Source: a virus
Length of the DNA stretch: 64,000 nucleotides
IMG/VR virus record: IMGVR_UViG_3300025732_000024
Coordinates: 31,305-95,304 of that record
Strand: one strand, 5' to 3'
The notes beneath the pieces are model-generated. The model had not been told where the DNA came from. It made no database searches and worked only from the letters and a program-made list of their open reading frames with translations. Positions within the stretch are counted from its first letter, which is position 1, and the number at the start of each line of letters is the position of its first letter. This document shows positions 58,628-64,000 of the stretch, piece after piece. A program made the translations under genes and the position numbers.

Positions 58628-58674
58628 ACCGCCTTCTAAGCGGACGGTCACAGGTTCGAGTCCTGTCGTACCCG
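58628..58674 (+). mobile_element. Probable attP core: 3' half of tRNA-Arg(UCU)
   Basis: CCGC-CTTCTAA-GCGG...ACAGGTTCGAGTCCTGT-CGTACCCG with no 5' half; about 125 bp upstream of the integrase. Confidence 0.85.
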
Positions 58675-58798
58675 TTCTTTAAAGTCCTGGTTTTCCAAGG
58701 CTTTTTTATTTATCTGTGGCACTTATGCGCGCTTGGAATATTGCTTTATATGATTTTATATTGCATCTTGAATAAATAATTTAGTACAGGATTAGTTC

Positions 58799-59875
58799 AT
58801 GAAATGGACTTTGGAATCTGTTAACGAACGGCTCAAGGCTGGCAGGATTGGGGTTACAGTTTGCCAACGCGGCGATCGCCTTTCCCTTCGCGCTACCCTG
58901 CCACCGAAACCCGGTTCTGATAAACGCGCTCCCTATCAGCAATACCTAGCACTGGGAATTTATGCCAACCCCGCAGGACTACAACGGGCTGAAGCCGAAG
59001 CCAAAATCATTGGTGGGCTTTTGGTAACTGGTGGCTTTGACTGGTCAAAATACTTAGAATCCGAAACGACGAATGTGGGGACGTGCCGATACTGGATTGA
59101 GAAATTTAAGACAGAATACTTTGCGACCAATGGCCACGAACCAACCAAGCAGCAAACCTGGAAAGACCACTACGAAGTATTTTTCAGCCGCCTACCCCAA
59201 GACAAACCCCTAACCCGTGAGGTATTGATAGCCACAGCCATACAGACCGAAGCAAATACCTGGACTCGTCAACGGATTTGCCAGAAATTTGAGCAATTAG
59301 CCAAATTAGCGGGCATTGAATGCAGCTTAAAGAAATACCAAGGCAATTACAGCAGTGCCAGCCAAATCATCAGGCAACTGCCAACAGAAGATGAGATTAT
59401 TGCCAATAGAGAAAAGATTACAAACCCGTCTTGGTTGTGGGTATTTGGCGCGATCGCCACCTACGGACTAAGACCCCACGAAGCGTTATTCTGTGAAATA
59501 GAGCAGGAGCATCCCTACCGATGCAAAATATTAGACGGCAAAACAGGTACACGCTTGGCTTATCCATTGCCACTAGAATGGGTAACGGATTGGCAACTAT
59601 GGGAGATGCACAAGCCAACAATCAAAACAGATGATAGAACCTTTAAGGACATAGGCAACGTCATATACAAATCTCTTAAACGCTACAAAGTATCCTTCGC
59701 TCCCTACGACTTGCGCCACGCATGGGCAGTCCGAGCCGCACTAAAATATAAAATCCCCATATCCGTAGCTGCTAAGTGGATGGGACATAGTACAACTGTA
59801 CATTTACGGGAATATCAACGACATATTACCGATGCTGACCATTTAGAAATTTTTAATAAATTTACCAGTACATAA
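58799..59875 (+). CDS. int: Tyrosine integrase
   Basis: YGLRPHE, DGKTG, YDLRHAW, MGHS, EY. Confidence 0.93.
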   Translation: MKWTLESVNERLKAGRIGVTVCQRGDRLSLRATLPPKPGSDKRAPYQQYLALGIYANPAGLQRAEAEAKIIGGLLVTGGFDWSKYLESETTNVGTCRYWIEKFKTEYFATNGHEPTKQQTWKDHYEVFFSRLPQDKPLTREVLIATAIQTEANTWTRQRICQKFEQLAKLAGIECSLKKYQGNYSSASQIIRQLPTEDEIIANREKITNPSWLWVFGAIATYGLRPHEALFCEIEQEHPYRCKILDGKTGTRLAYPLPLEWVTDWQLWEMHKPTIKTDDRTFKDIGNVIYKSLKRYKVSFAPYDLRHAWAVRAALKYKIPISVAAKWMGHSTTVHLREYQRHITDADHLEIFNKFTST

Positions 59876-59920
59876 GTGTAAAATTAAGAGCGATTTAATT
59901 TTGCGTCTAATCAGCAGGAT

Positions 59921-60526
59921 ATGATTGAAAACCTATCCGTTTTACTGAGTCGCTGCAAACGATTCAGAGTAGGGACGGAAATTTTAATAATTACTGATAC
60001 TGATAATACATTAGTACAATTACTCAAAAAACAACATCAATTAATTAATTCTTTAATTGAGTCGGGGGAACATTGGGAAAAAATTACACTCAGGGCTGAA
60101 ATGGGAAAATACAAATCTACCTTGTACTACCCCAAACCCAAGCCTCCAGTCATAATACAAGCAATGGCAAGCACAAGAACAACGGAAGCGGAAATTATTC
60201 ATGAAATTACGAAGCACCCCTATCCATCTTCTTTAGTCAGGATGGAAGATGACAAGGGTATATTCGCTAACTCCCATATTAGCGAAAGCTCTGGTATTAA
60301 TGCCAACAATTGGCTAGGTGCTAACATGAGCAGTTATTGGATACCAGAAGAGTTGCAACGCTACAAAACCCTATTACTACAAGACAGAGAACTAAGAAAT
60401 TATACTTACACAGCTTATTTTTTCACTGGAGAAGCCGCAAAATTCACCGTTGACGCTCAACTAGTCAAATTCAATAATGATTTGTGTCGTTGGGTTCGCG
60501 TTCTTGGTTGTGAGTTGATTTCCTAG
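59921..60526 (+). CDS. PAS-like domain protein
   Basis: GIFAN...SG...WLG.NM..YW.PEE...Y...L. Confidence 0.6.
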   Translation: MIENLSVLLSRCKRFRVGTEILIITDTDNTLVQLLKKQHQLINSLIESGEHWEKITLRAEMGKYKSTLYYPKPKPPVIIQAMASTRTTEAEIIHEITKHPYPSSLVRMEDDKGIFANSHISESSGINANNWLGANMSSYWIPEELQRYKTLLLQDRELRNYTYTAYFFTGEAAKFTVDAQLVKFNNDLCRWVRVLGCELIS

Positions 60527-61100
60527 GACGGCAAAACTCAATCAACGCATCCCGAGTATCAAAAGTTTCTTCGGTGTGCGGGTTTTTCAATTGCACGGCC
60601 AACACAGACAGCAATCCCTCAACATCCTCTACAGATGCAGGTAACACACCGTGCATCAATGCCGTATATTGTTGAATAGACATATAAGCATTTTTAGCAA
60701 ACCTTTCAGGACTTAGCTTGTTTGCTTTAAGATGCTGAAGAATTAAAGCTATTAGACAATCTACATCAATCATATTTGATACCATTAAAAACTCAGAATA
60801 TTTGCCAGCTATAAGCGAAATTAATCGCTGCTGTTCACAAGCATTTAACGCCAAAACTTGACCCAATACATCCTCCGCAGTACGTGGTTTAGCCCCACCT
60901 AATCCCAAATACTGATCCAATTCAAACCCAGGGCGACACCCCATAGCCAAGCATAAATCTACGTATCGCTCTAATCCTGGAGTGACTTTTTCAGACTGCC
61001 ATTCACTCAAAGTAGACTGAGCAATCTTAGATTTTTTAGCAGCTTGATTCATGCTAGAAGCGCGGCTACATATACTTTTAATTAGGTTTCCTGCTTTCAT
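60471..61100 (-). CDS. XRE/CI-like repressor
   Basis: SMNQAAKKSKIAQSTLSEW; divergent from excisionase-like gene. Confidence 0.75.
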   Translation of the reverse strand: MKAGNLIKSICSRASSMNQAAKKSKIAQSTLSEWQSEKVTPGLERYVDLCLAMGCRPGFELDQYLGLGGAKPRTAEDVLGQVLALNACEQQRLISLIAGKYSEFLMVSNMIDVDCLIALILQHLKANKLSPERFAKNAYMSIQQYTALMHGVLPASVEDVEGLLSVLAVQLKNPHTEETFDTRDALIEFCRPRKSTHNQEREPNDTNHY

Positions 61101-61145
61101 GTTTGCAAAAATTTACAACTAATTTCCATAGTCTCACTGTTCCGC

Positions 61146-61204
61146 TACGATAAAGGTATAGAAAATACGATAAACTACGATAAACTACGATAAAGTTCGA
61201 TAAA
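61146..61204 (+). repeat. Helically phased TACGATAAA direct repeats (operator-like)
   Basis: Copies at 61146, 61166, 61176, 61186 and 61196 (TTCGATAAA). Confidence 0.8.
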
Positions 61205-61217
61205 CGCATATAAAGCT

Positions 61218-61601
61218 ATGCAAAATAACCTTAGCATCAACAACAGTCCAGACTCTCTATCTAGGGATGGACAGGAAACTGTCATATTGTCCAGACAGGA
61301 ATTGAATAATGTGATAAACGAAGCCGTAAATGCGGCCATGACCGAGTTTCAAAACCTTTTCATTGAAGTGATGGGAAGGGAAGCAGGTAGGGGCAATCAG
61401 TGGCTTAACACCGCAGCCGCAGCCGCAATTCTAGGCAAAAAACCCGACCAGTTGCGCTGCATGGTCAGAGATGGAAGACTGCGACTAAAACACGAAGTCC
61501 GCGACGATAGACCCAAGGGCGCGGAGAAGCCTGTGTATATGTTCCATGTCAACAAGTGCCAACAGCGCTTAATGACACCTCCAGAAAAGAGAGGGAAATG
61601 A
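61218..61601 (+). CDS. Excisionase/Cox-like HTH protein
   Basis: WLNTAAAAAILG...LRCMVRDGRL. Confidence 0.7.
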   Translation: MQNNLSINNSPDSLSRDGQETVILSRQELNNVINEAVNAAMTEFQNLFIEVMGREAGRGNQWLNTAAAAAILGKKPDQLRCMVRDGRLRLKHEVRDDRPKGAEKPVYMFHVNKCQQRLMTPPEKRGK

Positions 61602-63867
61602 TGAGTTCCTCATTAATGCCAACGCTAGAATTTGCCGTGACGCTGCGAATATCCGAGATACATCGCGCCGGATATATCAGTGACAGGCTATTAAAAGAGG
61701 CTATTAATACAGCCGAATTAATTGCCCACGAAGGCGATACTTTACTCTATGGTGGTGAGCCTGGAAAGGCTGGGGAAATATTTAATAAATTAGCCATAGC
61801 CATCGCTGTTTTATCCTTTCAGCCTGGCGGGTTTTGCGGCTTGGGAATGAAGTTTATATCGGAATTTGCACCATGATTATTGAATTTGAAAAAGAATTAA
61901 TTGATTGTATCCAAGAAGAAAAATCTTGGAATGAAATCTGCACGCAAATCAAACAACCAATGTCGTTGATTGCCGTCGCTTTAAAGAAGTTGAAAGACAT
62001 TGGTAAGGTGCTAGAAATAGTCAAAAATAACAACATTTACTACACAGCAAACGAACATGAATACCAACGAGAAGATAGTGAATCTATTGGCTAGACGCGA
62101 TTTATTTGCCCATGAGATAAAGAATATCCTGGGTATTAGCTACGAAGTTCTTTGGGAATCCCTAAAGCAATTAAAAGCAGAAGGAAAAGTTTCCCAATAT
62201 TTCCGCAACACGCCACCAAGCGCAACCATTTGTTTCTGTTTATCAGGCAACAAAAAATCGATTTTAGTTAAAGACAAAGGAATAAAACCGTGGACTCCAG
62301 AGCAATCAAAAAACTCGTATTAGAGGACATCATTAAGACGTTTCCTAATATGAATAATGGACAAATTCAACAGATGGAATCCATATACGCTTATAGTCCT
62401 AAATCTGCTATAAGATACTGTCAAGTTATCCAAGATTACATCAACAGAAAACGTAATGGAAGAAACAATGTCAATAGGAATTTACCTATGGAGACTAGGA
62501 ATAATAGTCATCACAATTGATGCTTTACTGTTGTTCTTGTTGGGAATTGTAGCGTTAATTTACAGGAGAAATCATGATTGAAATAGAAGAGTTTGAAACA
62601 ACAGAATCAATCACAGAGTCAACATTTATTGAACAATTAATAGCGACATTAAAATGCTGGCAATGGGGCGCAATGCACAGTCCAAAATTCGACGATTTTT
62701 ATTGGGGATTAAATCAATCTCCCATAGAATTTAATGTCATTGGTGGCAATAGGTTTACGGTGTTTTCCATGACATTTTACAGCCGGATTTGGCTAATGAC
62801 CTGTATTCCATATTCAGCAATTACGGATTACAGACAAGCCACACAATCAGATATTTCATTGATTTGGAAATAGCTTTATTTTGTCCATAGCTATCGTCTT
62901 ACCGATAGCTTTACCACCTTACCAAAACTATGATTTACACATCACATTATTCAGGCGAGCAAGTCGGTACAAGCATTGCAATTTCACTACCTCCCCCCGA
63001 AGGATGCGAGTTTAGTCCATTGCTATTATTTGCACCATCGGAAGACTTAACAAAGTTCTGGCAATCATCGAATCAAGATGAGATTGCACAACAGAAATAC
63101 TCTGAAAAATTCAGAGAAGAAATGATAACAAAAGACCAGATTATCAACATTTGGATTAACAAAATTAAGAACGATATAACCCTAAATTGCTATCAAAAAC
63201 CAGAAGATGCTTGCCGTGTTCAAGTCATTGAGGAAATCATCAAATCAAAAAAACCAGAGTTATGGGGCGGTACAGTCAGTGACCCAATCACCAAACCAAC
63301 CACACCATCACGACCTACAAAATCAATCAGGGAAATGACATGGGGTGAACTTTTCGGGAATGAATACACAGCGGTTTTTGAGGACAAACCACCACTGCCA
63401 CCTGTCGCAGTCCTCAAACCCTGGAAGGTAAATGTGGGACAATACGCATTTTATGAAGGGGACTTGGTAAAAATTGTTGGTGGGAATAAAAAAGGGGAAT
63501 GGCAACTAGAAAGACCACCTGCTGTTAATCCATCCCACGCGCTGCCCGTCCCAAAGCAATGGGTAAAGACTTCAGCGTTGATACAGCCACCAAAGGGACA
63601 TGATACCTGGACTGACAAAGATTTCAAAAAGGTAAGGACAGCATGAAAAGTTGTACAAACTGCATACATTCAGGATTCCTGATTGAAAAGGACAACGAAA
63701 TGTATAGCTATGAAGGGGACTGTAACCATCCAAGTGGAAGCCAAGCACCAACGGACAGAGTATGGGATTACACAGAGGATGATAAAGAATATCTAAAGGA
63801 AGCACTTGCACCAATATTTACAGAGACGGCTAATAACTGCAAGTATTACAAATCAACGGGAATGTAG
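61598..63867 (+). CDS. Early operon of small hypothetical/wHTH genes (61598-61876, 61873-62094, 62057-62323, 62290-62520, 62574-62873, 62930-63646, 63643-63867)
   Basis: Co-directional, largely overlapping ORFs ending at terminator about 63873-63897. Confidence 0.55.
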
Positions 63868-64000
63868 TCAGCAAGCGGGTTTACAGCCCGCTTTTTTGTT
63901 GCAAACAAAGTTATCGAAATCTTGATAACTTTGCCGATAGAATGAAAAGATCCGCAGTTTTTTCAGAAGAAATGAAAACTTTTATTTACATCCTATTGAC

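Noticed and set aside
58628-58674. Functional tRNA-Arg gene
   Set aside because: 5' acceptor strand and D-arm are missing; interpreted as att core
3845-59457. Recurrent GCGATCGC octamer
   Set aside because: Known cyanobacterial HIP1; used only as a host indicator

Overview
The window is most of a temperate, probably lambda-like (siphovirus-type) cyanobacterial phage. Cyanobacterial host is inferred from the many HIP1 (GCGATCGC) octamers and a phage-borne nblA. It encodes head genes (capsid, decoration, protease/scaffold, TerL, a portal fused to a head-morphogenesis domain), lambda gpK/I/J/M/L-like tail-tip genes, thyX, two DNA methyltransferases, an SF2 helicase, an FtsK-like ATPase module, antirepressors, and an integrase/repressor/excisionase block. 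A tRNA-Arg(UCU) 3' half with phage genes on both sides looks like an intact attP. The most striking part is 33-47 kb. It holds a type IV-B Cas cassette (cas11, csf2, csf3, cysH, csf1), a 622-aa RuvC-intact TnpB/Cas12-like gene, and two paralogous, divergently oriented promoter-tracrRNA-leader-CRISPR modules with different repeats and co-varying anti-repeats. The spacers form a chain inside the element: an array-2 spacer matches the module-1 tracrRNA gene (38/39), and an array-1 spacer perfectly matches (33/33) the intergenic region upstream of the phage's own head operon. Other notable items are three hammerhead ribozymes, each right after a stop codon in one accessory operon, a Csx3/Crn3-like ring-nuclease homolog, repeated promoter-gene cassettes, and an aberrant tRNA-like element. 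All family calls come from motif recognition by eye; no database searches were run.
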